From assembly GCA_039933515.1 (NCBI GenBank), contig JBDTNY010000092.1:1-53499 (forward strand): a DNA stretch of 53,499 nt, written 5' to 3'. Under the pieces are notes generated by a model that worked only from the letters and a program-made list of their open reading frames with translations, was not told the origin of the DNA and searched no databases. Both the position numbers and the translations under genes were made by a program. This DNA is from Actinomycetota bacterium (GTDB lineage Bacteria > Actinomycetota > UBA4738 > HRBIN12). Below, one piece after another: positions 26,302 through 35,655 of the stretch. Every line of letters starts with the position of its first letter. Position 1 is the stretch's first letter.

Positions 26302-27209
26302 CGGATCCCCTTCGCGTGCGGGCCGACCACGACCGGGAGCGCGTCGGGGCGCACCTCGAACGTGGCCGGCAACGGGCCGACGCGTTCGCCGTCGGCGTAG
26401 ACCTGGATCTTGCGGTTGGCTTCCACCTTCACCGAGGTGGCCCGGAGCATCTGCACCTTCGGGTGACGGCCGTGCGAACCCGTGAAGACACGGGGGAAGG
26501 CTCGCAGGAATGCGGTCGTGCTGAGCGCCTCGACGATACACACATCGAGCAGGCCGTCATTGAGGCAGGCGTCTGGCAGTACCTTCATCCCGCCTCCGTA
26601 TTGGATCCCGCTGCCCACCACGACCAGCATCGCGTCCACCGAGAGGGCCTCACCGTCGATCGTGAGGTCATAGTGCGCCGGGGAGAATCGAGACAGGGTC
26701 TTCAGGACAGCCGCCAGGTAAGTGCCCGTCCCTCCCAGGCGCAGTCGCATCGCATTCGCGGTCTCGTTCACTTCGGAATCGAACCCAGCCCCCGCGATGT
26801 TCACGAACCAGCGCCGTTCGACGCCCGCGATCACCGCCACGACGTCGATCGGCACGATCTTCGGGTTCGCGAGCAGTCGAACCGCGGCGTCGAACGTGCC
26901 GGCACCGATCGCCTTCGCGAAGTCGTCGCCCGTTCCCGCGGGGAGCACGGCGAGCGCGGCATCGGTCCCCACGACCCCGTTCGCGCCCAGCGAGACCGTG
27001 CCGTCCCCGCCGAGCACCGCCACGATCCCGGCCCCTTCCTCCGCGGCGCTGCGGACCGTCGTCTCGAGGTCCTCGGCCGATGTCGAGACCCTGACCTCGT
27101 GCTCCACGCGCAGCGAATGCAGGATCGACGCGGCCTTGCCGATCAGACGCCCGGCCTTGCCTCGACCGGCGGAGGGATTCGCGACCACCACGACGGGCAT
27201 GGCGGTCAC
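26298..27209 (-). CDS. Diacylglycerol kinase family lipid kinase
   Basis: NPSAG, GGDGT, GTGDD, YGGG, YADGE. Confidence 0.92.
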   Translation of the reverse strand: MTAMPVVVVANPSAGRGKAGRLIGKAASILHSLRVEHEVRVSTSAEDLETTVRSAAEEGAGIVAVLGGDGTVSLGANGVVGTDAALAVLPAGTGDDFAKAIGAGTFDAAVRLLANPKIVPIDVVAVIAGVERRWFVNIAGAGFDSEVNETANAMRLRLGGTGTYLAAVLKTLSRFSPAHYDLTIDGEALSVDAMLVVVGSGIQYGGGMKVLPDACLNDGLLDVCIVEALSTTAFLRAFPRVFTGSHGRHPKVQMLRATSVKVEANRKIQVYADGERVGPLPATFEVRPDALPVVVGPHAKGIR

Positions 27210-27224
27210 GGGGCAGACACCGGT

Positions 27225-27989
27225 CTACGCCCCGCCACCCGGAAGCCCGGGGATCGGTCCCTGCGGGATGTTCGCCACGCCGCCGGCGCGGAGGGCGGAC
27301 TGGTACTCCTGCCACCCCGCGTTGAAGACCTGCGCCGCGGTATCGCGAAGGCCGACCGCCACGCTGCTGAGCCGCGCCAGCTCGGCGGGATCGGCGGATC
27401 CGGCGGCCAGGGCCGCGACCTCCGCGGCCTGGCGATAGAGCTGGAGACCCTCGAGCATCCGCTCCTTCGAGTTGGTGAACGCCGCGGTCGCGAGTTCGTC
27501 GAACCCCTGGTCGCGGATCGTCGCCACCAGATCGAACCCGTCGATCGCGTCGATCGCCTTCTTTGCGTTCGCGGTGGCGGTGCGGAAGGTCGCCTCGGCG
27601 CCGTCGGGAACGGAGCCCTTGGCGTCCATCGAGTCGAGGGCGGCGCTCATCTCGACGAACACGGTCGGAGGCAGCCCCTGGTTCACCGCGCCCACCTGGG
27701 CGATCGCGCCGTCGGCGGCCGTCTGCCATGCAGTGGCGGCCGCGAGCTTGGTGGCCGCCGCGTCGGCTTGCGCGGCGGCCGAGGCCGCGGCGTCGGCGTC
27801 GGCCCGGTTCTGACGCAGCCCGTTCGTGACCCAGACGACGACCATCATCGCGAACGCTCCGACGACCGCGGCGATCGCGACCTGCACCCACCTCCGCTGC
27901 AGGAACGGTGTCGCCAGCTGCACGGGGGCCCGCCGCGGGGCACGTGCGACCGGCTTGCTCTTGGGCTTGCGCTTGCCTTTGATGGCCAT
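27225..27989 (-). CDS. Hypothetical single-pass membrane protein
   Basis: Basic N-terminus, one TM, Ala-rich helical domain; AGGAG RBS; in the tat operon. Confidence 0.75.
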   Translation of the reverse strand: MAIKGKRKPKSKPVARAPRRAPVQLATPFLQRRWVQVAIAAVVGAFAMMVVVWVTNGLRQNRADADAAASAAAQADAAATKLAAATAWQTAADGAIAQVGAVNQGLPPTVFVEMSAALDSMDAKGSVPDGAEATFRTATANAKKAIDAIDGFDLVATIRDQGFDELATAAFTNSKERMLEGLQLYRQAAEVAALAAGSADPAELARLSSVAVGLRDTAAQVFNAGWQEYQSALRAGGVANIPQGPIPGLPGGGA

Positions 27990-27996
27990 GGAACTC

Positions 27997-28773
27997 CTAC
28001 TTCTTCAGGAGGCGACCGATGATGATAGCGGCCTCGTAGAACAGGTACATCGGGATCATCATGGCGAGCATCGTGTACGGATCCGAGCTCGGTGTGATCA
28101 CCGCGGAGAACACCGCGATGAACAAGATCATGTACCGACGCCACGAGCCCAGCCTGCGAGAGCTCAGCACCCCCACGAGCTGCAAGAAGACAAGCAGCAC
28201 AGGGAACAGGAACGACACCCCGAACGCGAGGGTCACCAGCACGATGAAGCTGACGTATCGGTCGGCGGTCAGGATCGGTGCGATGCCGCTGCCCGCGAAG
28301 CCCAGCAAGAACTCGAGGGCCCTGGGCAGGGTCCAGTACGCGAACGCCGCCCCGAGGAAGAACAGGAAGGTCGACGACACCACGAACGGGATCGCCCACT
28401 TGCGTTCACCCTCGGTCAGGCCGGGGTTGACGAACCCCCAGAGCTGCCACAGCACGATGGGGAGCGCCACGGCGAAGCCGAGGTACACCACGATCTTCAT
28501 CTTCACGAGTAACGGATCGATGAGGCCCGTGATGACCAGATCGCATCCGGCGGGGGGCCGCACATCGGGATGTCTCGTCACGTAATCGCAGAAGGGCGAC
28601 CGGATCAACTCCAAGAAGTACGGGTACACGAACCACCCGGCCACCGAGCCGAGGCTGATCGCGACGAACACCACGATCAGCCGGTGCCGAAGCTCCTCGA
28701 GGTGCTCGATGACGGTCATGGTTCCCGTGCGCCTATCCGCCGAGCGTCGATGGAATCGAGGGATCACCGGCAT
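27997..28773 (-). CDS. tatC: Twin-arginine translocase TatC
   Basis: MTVIEHLEELRHRL, FVNPGL...ERK, ITPSSDP...LFYE. Confidence 0.96.
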   Translation of the reverse strand: MPVIPRFHRRSADRRTGTMTVIEHLEELRHRLIVVFVAISLGSVAGWFVYPYFLELIRSPFCDYVTRHPDVRPPAGCDLVITGLIDPLLVKMKIVVYLGFAVALPIVLWQLWGFVNPGLTEGERKWAIPFVVSSTFLFFLGAAFAYWTLPRALEFLLGFAGSGIAPILTADRYVSFIVLVTLAFGVSFLFPVLLVFLQLVGVLSSRRLGSWRRYMILFIAVFSAVITPSSDPYTMLAMMIPMYLFYEAAIIIGRLLKK

Positions 28774-28782
28774 GGGGCGGGG

Positions 28783-29157
28783 CTACTCCGCGAGGGCCGG
28801 CGGCTCGGGGGTGGGCAGGATCTGATCGGCATCACCGGCCGGCCCTGGTGCCTCTGACGACGCGACCTCGGGCCCTGCCTTCCCCGAGTCGTGGGGCGCG
28901 GGCTCGACTGCCGGGTCAGGGGTCCGGGTGGCCGGCCGGGCCGTTCGATGCGGGGTGGAAGGGCGGGGGGTGGGCGCCGTGACCGGGTCCATGCTCAGGT
29001 CGAACTTGACCATGTCCTTGACCTCGTCCTGGACCTTGCGGAACTCGCTCAACCCGCGCCCGATCGTCCGCGCGAGCTCGGGCAGGCGGTTCGGTCCCAC
29101 GACGACCAATGCGATCACGAGGACGAGGAGGAGCTCGGGAGGGCCGATGTTCAACAT
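28783..29157 (-). CDS. tatB: Twin-arginine translocase TatA/TatB family subunit
   Basis: IGPPELLLVLVIALVVVGPNRLPELARTIG; Pro-rich tail. Confidence 0.85.
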   Translation of the reverse strand: MLNIGPPELLLVLVIALVVVGPNRLPELARTIGRGLSEFRKVQDEVKDMVKFDLSMDPVTAPTPRPSTPHRTARPATRTPDPAVEPAPHDSGKAGPEVASSEAPGPAGDADQILPTPEPPALAE

Positions 29158-29200
29158 GGGTGTGGGCGCGCTCGCCCGCAGCGAATCCTACTACCGGCGG

Positions 29201-29422
29201 TCAGCGCCGGGGCCTTCTGGGAGGTGTCAGCGACGCGGCGTGGTCGGATGCCCGGGAAACCTCCTGCGTCAGCTCGTCCACAAGCGGCTGGGCCGCCTCC
29301 TGGAACCTGCGGGCGGTTCTGCCCAGCAGCAGCCCTTGTCGGACAAGGGCGATCACCAGCACCACGACGGCGATCGTCGAAACGGCGGCGATCAGATACC
29401 AGACGAGCAGCCATGGACTCAT
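29201..29422 (-). CDS. Small membrane protein
   Basis: N-terminal TM plus amphipathic helix; TAGCAT 6 nt before ATG. Confidence 0.65.
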   Translation of the reverse strand: MSPWLLVWYLIAAVSTIAVVVLVIALVRQGLLLGRTARRFQEAAQPLVDELTQEVSRASDHAASLTPPRRPRR

Positions 29423-29454
29423 GGCGCGATGCTACCGCAGGCGGTCCGTCGGGC

Positions 29455-29826
29455 TCAGGACCCGCCGCTGGAGGCCAGGAACTCCTGGACGTACCGGTCG
29501 TCTTCCAGGAGGTAGTGGAACTCGATCACGTCGTCGATCGAGAATGCAGGTCCCATCGGGATGACCCCGCGGGGATCCTCGATCGGATCGTCGAAGAGCT
29601 CCGGGTCGCCCTCGAGCCCGCCCTCGGCCTGATCGATGTCGACCCCGGCCGAGACGAGGAGCGCCACGATCTTGCGGTCGGCGCGCTTCTCCACGTCGTC
29701 CTCGCAGCTCGGGCAGGTGAACCGGTAGCTTCCTTCACGGCCGTTCTGTCGGACCGACAGGAGGATCGCTTCGGGACCCATGTCCACTTCACCACATCGG
29801 GGGCACGTTGTGCGGATCGTTGTCAT
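29455..29826 (-). CDS. Hypothetical zinc-ribbon protein
   Basis: CPRC...CPSC; acidic C-terminus FSIDDVIEFHYLLEDD. Confidence 0.8.
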   Translation of the reverse strand: MTTIRTTCPRCGEVDMGPEAILLSVRQNGREGSYRFTCPSCEDDVEKRADRKIVALLVSAGVDIDQAEGGLEGDPELFDDPIEDPRGVIPMGPAFSIDDVIEFHYLLEDDRYVQEFLASSGGS

Positions 29827-29836
29827 CTCAGGGGAG

Positions 29837-29865
29837 CTATCGGTTCGGCCCGAACGGGCCTTGAG
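29837..29865 (-). promoter_or_regulatory. Sigma28/WhiG/FliA-like promoter of the zinc-ribbon gene
   Basis: CTCAAG-N15-ACCGATAG, ending 10 nt before ATG. Confidence 0.55.
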
Positions 29866-29914
29866 CGTTCGTGCCAGGAACGGGGCTACCCCGGATTGCC
29901 CATTCCCCCGGCGA

Positions 29915-30889
29915 TCAGCCTCGATACCGCGCGATCGTGCGTGTCGCCAGCGTCGAGAGCTCGTCCCTCAATGCATCGGGCGCGATCACCGACGCATCGG
30001 GTCCCACGCGCAACAGCAGCCTCGCGACCCACTCGAGCCGGTGCGCCGGAAGCGTCAGTTCGAGCGAGCCGTCGTCGAGCTCGACAGCGTCGATCGTCGC
30101 GTAGTACTCGGCGATCCAACGCGCGCCGGCTCGCAGCCGGAGCCGGACCGGCACGTCGCCCTCACCGGGCATGTACAGGTCCCGCCCCGCTCCAGCGAGG
30201 CCATGCGGCTCGAACCCCTCCTCCGTGTCCACTGCCGAGCGCATGCGGTCGACCCGGAAGAGGCGCTCGGCATCGGCGCCGAGGTCCCACGCGGCGACGT
30301 ACCAGTTCCCCAGGTTCGGGAAGACCTCCTCAGGCTCGATCGTGCGCGTGGTCAGGGCCGCGCTGGACGCCGCGTAGTACTCGATCAGCACCCGGTGGTG
30401 AGCGCTCGCGGCTTCACGCAGCGTGTCGAGATGCTCGGGCGCTAGGCCTCCCCCGGGCGCATGGATCAGCCCCTCGGCGTCGAGGGTGTCCGGGCCGAGG
30501 GTCGCTCGGAGCTTGTCGAGCGCGCCGGCGAGGTGGCGCGCCTGCGGCAACCCCGGCGTGGCGACCAGCTCGGTGCCCCGCACGTAGAGCGCGAGCGCCT
30601 CGTTCCTGGTCAGACGCAGCGGCCGGGCGAAATGGTCGGCCATGGTGATCCAGATGCGATCGTCTTCGTCGACGTCGACGTCGATCAGGTCGCCGGGCCC
30701 GTACGGAGGGAGCCCGGACATGAAGAGCAGGTCCAGGTCACGCCGGAGCTGCTCGGGCGTCACGCCGAAGAGTTCGGCGACCTCGGCGAGGATGCTCCCC
30801 GGGTGTTGTACGAGGTAGGGCACGACGACGAGCATGGTCCCGAGTCGGTCGGCGGTCTTCGGGGTGCCTCGCCGCCGCCGCTCAGGCAC
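29915..30889 (-). CDS. pafC: WYL-domain regulator PafC
   Basis: N-terminal HTH (GLPPYGPGDLID), WYV...RLFRVDRM; overlaps pafB stop. Confidence 0.92.
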   Translation of the reverse strand: MPERRRRGTPKTADRLGTMLVVVPYLVQHPGSILAEVAELFGVTPEQLRRDLDLLFMSGLPPYGPGDLIDVDVDEDDRIWITMADHFARPLRLTRNEALALYVRGTELVATPGLPQARHLAGALDKLRATLGPDTLDAEGLIHAPGGGLAPEHLDTLREAASAHHRVLIEYYAASSAALTTRTIEPEEVFPNLGNWYVAAWDLGADAERLFRVDRMRSAVDTEEGFEPHGLAGAGRDLYMPGEGDVPVRLRLRAGARWIAEYYATIDAVELDDGSLELTLPAHRLEWVARLLLRVGPDASVIAPDALRDELSTLATRTIARYRG

Positions 30890-31844
30890 GGATCGCCGCC
30901 AGCCGCTCGAGGATCGCATCCCGCAGGGAGGCGGGTTCGCGCGCCACAGCCTCGTCGCCGAACTGCAGGACGAGCCCGGCGAGCGCCTGCTCGTCGGCGA
31001 GCGGCACCGCGACCTCCACCCAGCCGTCCTCCCCCGCCCCGATCGTCGTGGCTCCCGTGAGCGAGCTCGCCGCCCACCACGCGACGTCGGGCGAGAAGGC
31101 GATCACGGCCCGCTCCTCGGCCAGGGCATCCCAGGGGCCGGCTCGCACGTGGTCGGCGGCGCTGAACCCCGGCGGCGGCGAGGTGCCCACGCCGCGATCC
31201 TCGGGCTCGGAGGTGAACCGCGACAGTCGGAACGCCCGAACGTCGTCTCGGTCCCGATCGTGACCGACCAGGTACCAATGGCCTCCCCGGAACACCATCG
31301 CGAAGGCATCGACCTCGCGCTCGGAGGCCTTGCCCTGCGACGTTCGATACCCGAAGGAGATCCGGCCGTGCCCCTGGGCGGCCGCCGCGACCGCGAGCAC
31401 GAGCTCGCTCCGGGCGTCGGAGCCCGACGCGAGCGGCCCGCCGGTCAGACCCGCGAGCACCCCGCCGTCGGCGCCGTACAGGAGCTTGTGGACCGCCCGC
31501 TCGGCCGCGGTGTTTTCGTCACCGCTCTGGGCCGCCACGAGCAACGCACCGAGTTCCTCGGGCGTGAAGGCGATCTCCGGGAGGTAGTAGGCGTCTTTGG
31601 GGATCACGTAACCCTGATCGCCGCCCCAGGCATCGACGTCCACCAGCTCGAGCGGCACGCCGTAATCCCTCAGGAGGTCCTTGTCTCGTTCGAACATCCG
31701 CTTGGCCGAGTCCACCTTCTCCTGTCGATAGGGCTCGAGGGTCTCGCGGATCTGCTCGAAGGTGAGTGGCGCCCTGGTCTCGAGCAACAGGGCGACCAGG
31801 TTCAGCAATCGCTCGAGAGGTTCGGTTCGGTCCTCGCCCGCCAT
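30882..31844 (-). CDS. pafB: WYL-domain regulator PafB
   Basis: ERLLNL, RMFERDKDLLR, WYLVGHD...RAFRLSR. Confidence 0.93.
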   Translation of the reverse strand: MAGEDRTEPLERLLNLVALLLETRAPLTFEQIRETLEPYRQEKVDSAKRMFERDKDLLRDYGVPLELVDVDAWGGDQGYVIPKDAYYLPEIAFTPEELGALLVAAQSGDENTAAERAVHKLLYGADGGVLAGLTGGPLASGSDARSELVLAVAAAAQGHGRISFGYRTSQGKASEREVDAFAMVFRGGHWYLVGHDRDRDDVRAFRLSRFTSEPEDRGVGTSPPPGFSAADHVRAGPWDALAEERAVIAFSPDVAWWAASSLTGATTIGAGEDGWVEVAVPLADEQALAGLVLQFGDEAVAREPASLRDAILERLAAIRA

Positions 31845-31867
31845 CGTTGCGGCATCATAGCGAGGGT

Positions 31868-32494
31868 ATGGAGCCAGACCTCGGAAGACCGGCGTCCCGG
31901 GAGCAGTCGCTGCTGCAGATCCCCATCGTGCTCGCGCTCGATGCGGAGGCGGTTCCGCTGGTGCGGGCGGGTGCGGCGCGCGCCGGCGACGGACCGACCG
32001 TGATCGTGGCCGTGGATCCTGACCTCGCGGCCCTGCTGACGGCGGTGCACGGCGTGGCCGCGGAGTACGTGATCGCCGTATGCAGCTCCCCAGGCGCCGC
32101 GGGGCGGGTCGTGCGGGCCGCCGTCCCTCGCCGGGGGCGCCCGCTCCCGGTCCTCGGGATCTCCGGAGGGTTCGTCGACACTGCCACCCTCGCGCTCCTT
32201 CGCGATCCCTCGCTCGAAGAGCTGAACGTGGCCGTTCCGACCCTCGAGGGCGACGGGCGTCGGCAGATCTGGGATTGCCTGCGCGCTGACCGGATCGAGG
32301 AACGGCATCACCTCGTCGAGGTCGACGGGCGCCCGGCCCTCGCGGAGCTCGCCGAGCTCGCAGCCGCTCCCGCTCAGGCCGACCTTGGGACCTCGCTCGA
32401 AGGCATCGGCGCGCTGGCCGCCGGCGCCGCGGGGGTCCTGGCCGGACGGATGGCCGCGACGGGTCGCCGGTGGCGGGCCGGTGAGCAGGCGTGA
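31868..32494 (+). CDS. Hypothetical protein (possibly DUF3866-related C-terminal part)
   Basis: Fills the pafB-pafA gap on the opposite strand; family guess rests on position and the C-terminal ALAAGAAG only. Confidence 0.5.
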   Translation: MEPDLGRPASREQSLLQIPIVLALDAEAVPLVRAGAARAGDGPTVIVAVDPDLAALLTAVHGVAAEYVIAVCSSPGAAGRVVRAAVPRRGRPLPVLGISGGFVDTATLALLRDPSLEELNVAVPTLEGDGRRQIWDCLRADRIEERHHLVEVDGRPALAELAELAAAPAQADLGTSLEGIGALAAGAAGVLAGRMAATGRRWRAGEQA

Positions 32495-32510
32495 TCGAGG
32501 CCGAGACGGC

Positions 32511-33869
32511 TCACATGTGCGCGATCAGCTGGTCGACCCGCTCGTCGACGCTACGGAACGGATCCTTGCAGAGCACGGTTCGCTGCGCCTGGTCATTCAG
32601 TTTCAGATGCACCCAATCCACCGTGTAATCGCGGCGTTTCGCCTTGGCCTCCCGGATGAAATCGCCGCGGAGCTTGGCGCGCGTGGTCTGCGGCGGCTCC
32701 CGCATCGCCAGGCTCACCTGGTCGTCGTCGACCACCCGCTCGACTCTGCCGGCCTTCTCCAGCAGGTAGTAGAGCCCCCGGTTCCGGTTCACGTCGTGGT
32801 AGGCGAGATCCAGCAGGGCGACCTTCGGGCTCGCGAGGGTCAGGTCGTGCTTCACCATGTATCGGTCGATCATCAGGCGTTTCGTGACCCAGTCGACCTT
32901 GCGCGCCAGGCGCTCGGACTCCCCCGCGGCGAGCGCCTCGAGCGCGCCCCGCCACTCAGACAGCAGCAAGGCGGCGCTCTCGTCGGCGCCCTTGCGCGCC
33001 ATGAATCGCTCGGTCTTCTCCAGGTACTCGGTCTGCACCTCGAGGGCCGTGAGCTCCCGCCCGTTCGCGAGCTTCACCTTGCGGGTGCAGGTGGTGTCGT
33101 GGCTGATCTCGCGGATCGCTCGGATCGGGTTCTCGAGCGAGAGGTCCCGCATCACCGTGTTCCCCTCGACCATGCGCAGCACCAGGTCGGTGATCCCCAC
33201 CTTCATGAACGTGGTCCACTCGCTCATGTTCGAGTCGCCGACAATCACGTGCAGGCGCCGGAACCGCTCGGCGTCGGCATGTGGCTCGTCGCGGGTGTTG
33301 ATGATCGGTCGGCTCCGGGTGGTCGCGCTCGAGACGCCTTCCCAGATGTGCTCGGCGCGTTGCGCGATGCAGTACTGCGCGCCCCGCGGGCCGTGCAAGA
33401 CCTTCCCGGCGCCGCTCCAGATCTGCCTCGTGACGAAGAACGGGATCAAGATGTCGGCCATCCGCGCGAACTCTCCCTGTCGGCCCACGAGGTAGTTCTC
33501 GTGGCACCCGTATGAGTTCCCTGCCGAATCGGTGTTGTTCTTGAACAGGTATACCTGGCCGTTGATACCTTCTTCATGCAGGCGCATCTCGGCCGCGGCG
33601 AGCAGTCCCTCCAGTATCCGCTCGCCGGCCTTGTCGTGCGCCACGACCTCGCGGACGACGTCGCACTCAGGGGTGGCGTACTCGGGGTGGGAGCCAACAT
33701 CGAGGTAGAGCCGGGCGCCGTTCTCGAGGAATACGTTGGAGGACCGGCCCCAGTGGACCACCCGGCGGAAGAGGTACCGCGCGACCTCGTCGGGCGAAAG
33801 GCGCCGCTGCCCGCGGAACGTGCAGGTGACCCCATACTCGTTCTCGAGCCCGAAGATGCGCCGGTCCAT
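32511..33869 (-). CDS. pafA: Pup--protein ligase
   Basis: [41 protein letters not shown]...KDPF. Confidence 0.97.
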   Translation of the reverse strand: MDRRIFGLENEYGVTCTFRGQRRLSPDEVARYLFRRVVHWGRSSNVFLENGARLYLDVGSHPEYATPECDVVREVVAHDKAGERILEGLLAAAEMRLHEEGINGQVYLFKNNTDSAGNSYGCHENYLVGRQGEFARMADILIPFFVTRQIWSGAGKVLHGPRGAQYCIAQRAEHIWEGVSSATTRSRPIINTRDEPHADAERFRRLHVIVGDSNMSEWTTFMKVGITDLVLRMVEGNTVMRDLSLENPIRAIREISHDTTCTRKVKLANGRELTALEVQTEYLEKTERFMARKGADESAALLLSEWRGALEALAAGESERLARKVDWVTKRLMIDRYMVKHDLTLASPKVALLDLAYHDVNRNRGLYYLLEKAGRVERVVDDDQVSLAMREPPQTTRAKLRGDFIREAKAKRRDYTVDWVHLKLNDQAQRTVLCKDPFRSVDERVDQLIAHM

Positions 33870-33910
33870 GCTGGAAGCCTACGTCGGGCTAGGGCGAACG
33901 CCGGGAGCGC

Positions 33911-34597
33911 TCAGCCGCCCAGGATCGCGCCGAGCTCCGCCTCGTCGAGGCGGTGGAACTTCCTGCGGTGCGAGCGGGTCCGATCGAGCACGCCCGCCTC
34001 GATCGCTCCCGCTTCGATCGTTCGTCCGTCCGGCGAGCCGAGCACCTCCGCGCCCGCGCGGATCGCCGTCGCCAGGTCCCAGCCTTCCTCGTAGCGTCCC
34101 TTGAGCGTCTCGGCGAGATCCTCCGCGTGGCCCCCGATCGCGACGAACCCGTGCTCGTCGTTCACCGACCCGTCGAACAGCACGTGGTAGATCGCGGTCC
34201 CGGACGCATCGCCGTCGACTTCTCCCACGAGGATCTCCACCTCGTACGGCTTCATCTGCTGGGTGAAGATGTTCGAGAGCGCCTGCGAGTAGGCGTTCGC
34301 GAGGTCGCGCGCCTTCACGTCCTCTCGGCCGTAGGAGAAACCCCGCAGGTCGGCGAGCCTGATGCCCGCGATGCGCAGGTCCTCGAATTCACTGTACTTA
34401 CCGACCCCAGCGAAAGCGATCGAGTCGTAGATCTCACTGATCTTGTGGAGGGTCGCCGAAGGGTTCTCGGCCACGAACAGCAAGCCGTCCGCGTATTCGA
34501 GCCCGATCACGGAGCGTCCGCGCGCGATCCCCTTGTGGGCGTACTCGGACCGATCCTTCATCATCTGTTCCGGTGCGACGTACGGCATGAACCCCAT
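33911..34597 (-). CDS. prcA: 20S proteasome alpha subunit
   Basis: PYVAPEQMMKDRSEYAHKGIARGRS, LHKISEIYD. Confidence 0.96.
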   Translation of the reverse strand: MGFMPYVAPEQMMKDRSEYAHKGIARGRSVIGLEYADGLLFVAENPSATLHKISEIYDSIAFAGVGKYSEFEDLRIAGIRLADLRGFSYGREDVKARDLANAYSQALSNIFTQQMKPYEVEILVGEVDGDASGTAIYHVLFDGSVNDEHGFVAIGGHAEDLAETLKGRYEEGWDLATAIRAGAEVLGSPDGRTIEAGAIEAGVLDRTRSHRRKFHRLDEAELGAILGG

Positions 34598-35403
34598 CAG
34601 GATCGCTCCTCGAGCACGGCGGCGACGGCCGCCTCGACCTCGGACTCCGGCACCTCGGCCGCCCCGCCGGCGGTCACCGCGAGCACCACCGGATAGATCT
34701 TGCGGGTCGGGTTCGGGCCGCCGGTGGCCACGTCGTCCTCGGAGGCATCGAGCAAGGCCTCGACGGCAACCCGCAGCGCCGCCGCGCGATCGAGGTCGCG
34801 CCGCCAGCGCTTCTTCAGCGAGTTCTTCGCCGGCTGGCTTCCCGACCCGGTGGACTGGAAGTCGTCTTCTTCCCACCGCCCGCCGGTCGCGTCGTAGTGG
34901 AAGATCCGGCCCTCGCCCCGTCGAAGGTCGTACCCCCCGAACAGCGGCACCACCACCAGGCCCTGCATCGCGAGAGGGAAGTTCTCACGGATCAGCTGGC
35001 CCAGGCGGTTCGCCTTGCCCTCCAAGGAGAGCCGGTCGCCTGTGAGTTTCTCGTAATGCTCCAGCTCGAGCTGGAAGAGCTTCACCATCTCCACGGCCAT
35101 CCCGGCCGCGCCCGCGATCGCGATCGCGCTGTAGTCGTCGGCCGGAAAGACCTTGCGCATCTTGTCGTCGGCGATCGTGTAACCGGCCGTCGCGCGCCGA
35201 TCGCCGGCCACGATCACGCCGTCGGCGTACTTCATGCCGAGCACCGTGGTGCCGTGGGGCACCTGACTCGCGGCGGCCGCCGTCATCGATCCGCTCAGGG
35301 ACTGCGGCAGCGCCTCGGGGCGCTCGCGACGAACGAGGTCGGTGAAGCTCGGGTTCAGGCCGAATGCCGTGACCGAAACGGGAAGCTGCGTCGGATCGCT
35401 CAC
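34597..35403 (-). CDS. prcB: 20S proteasome beta subunit
   Basis: Propeptide, then PHG/TT catalytic Thr; AGDRRAT; GSGS. Confidence 0.96.
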   Translation of the reverse strand: MSDPTQLPVSVTAFGLNPSFTDLVRRERPEALPQSLSGSMTAAAASQVPHGTTVLGMKYADGVIVAGDRRATAGYTIADDKMRKVFPADDYSAIAIAGAAGMAVEMVKLFQLELEHYEKLTGDRLSLEGKANRLGQLIRENFPLAMQGLVVVPLFGGYDLRRGEGRIFHYDATGGRWEEDDFQSTGSGSQPAKNSLKKRWRRDLDRAAALRVAVEALLDASEDDVATGGPNPTRKIYPVVLAVTAGGAAEVPESEVEAAVAAVLEERS

Positions 35404-35609
35404 TCGCCGCCCTTCTGCACGTAGCTCTTCACGAACTCCTCGGCGTTCTCCTCCAGGACCGAGTCGATCTCGTCGAGGATGTCGTCCATCTCTTCCTTGA
35501 GCTCGGCGGCCTTGGCCGTCGAGGACACCTGGCCGGCGTCGGCGTCAGCGTCGGACTCGCCGCCACCGCCCTTCTTCTGGACCTTCTTCTGCTCTTGCTC
35601 TTGCGGCAC
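35400..35609 (-). CDS. pup: Prokaryotic ubiquitin-like protein Pup (C-terminal GGE)
   Basis: DDILDEIDSVLEENAEEFVKSYVQKGGE; AAGGAG RBS before GTG 35609. Confidence 0.96.
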   Translation of the reverse strand: MPQEQEQKKVQKKGGGGESDADADAGQVSSTAKAAELKEEMDDILDEIDSVLEENAEEFVKSYVQKGGE

Positions 35610-35655
35610 GGGATGGGCTCCTTTCCGTGCGAGCGATTCTAGCGGTGGGTCCGGC

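Noticed and set aside
23860-26400. 846-aa + strand ORF and similar long ORFs (9284-11071, 796-2535, 26316-28022, 28891-30648, 42529-44154)
   Set aside because: Antisense or alternative-frame shadows of well-supported genes, expected in high-GC DNA; low-complexity Arg/Gly/Ala content with no recognisable motifs.
35400-35609. Pup ending in GGE while Dop is retained, as a novelty
   Set aside because: Already known: Glu-ending Pup occurs in many actinobacteria, where Dop acts as a depupylase.
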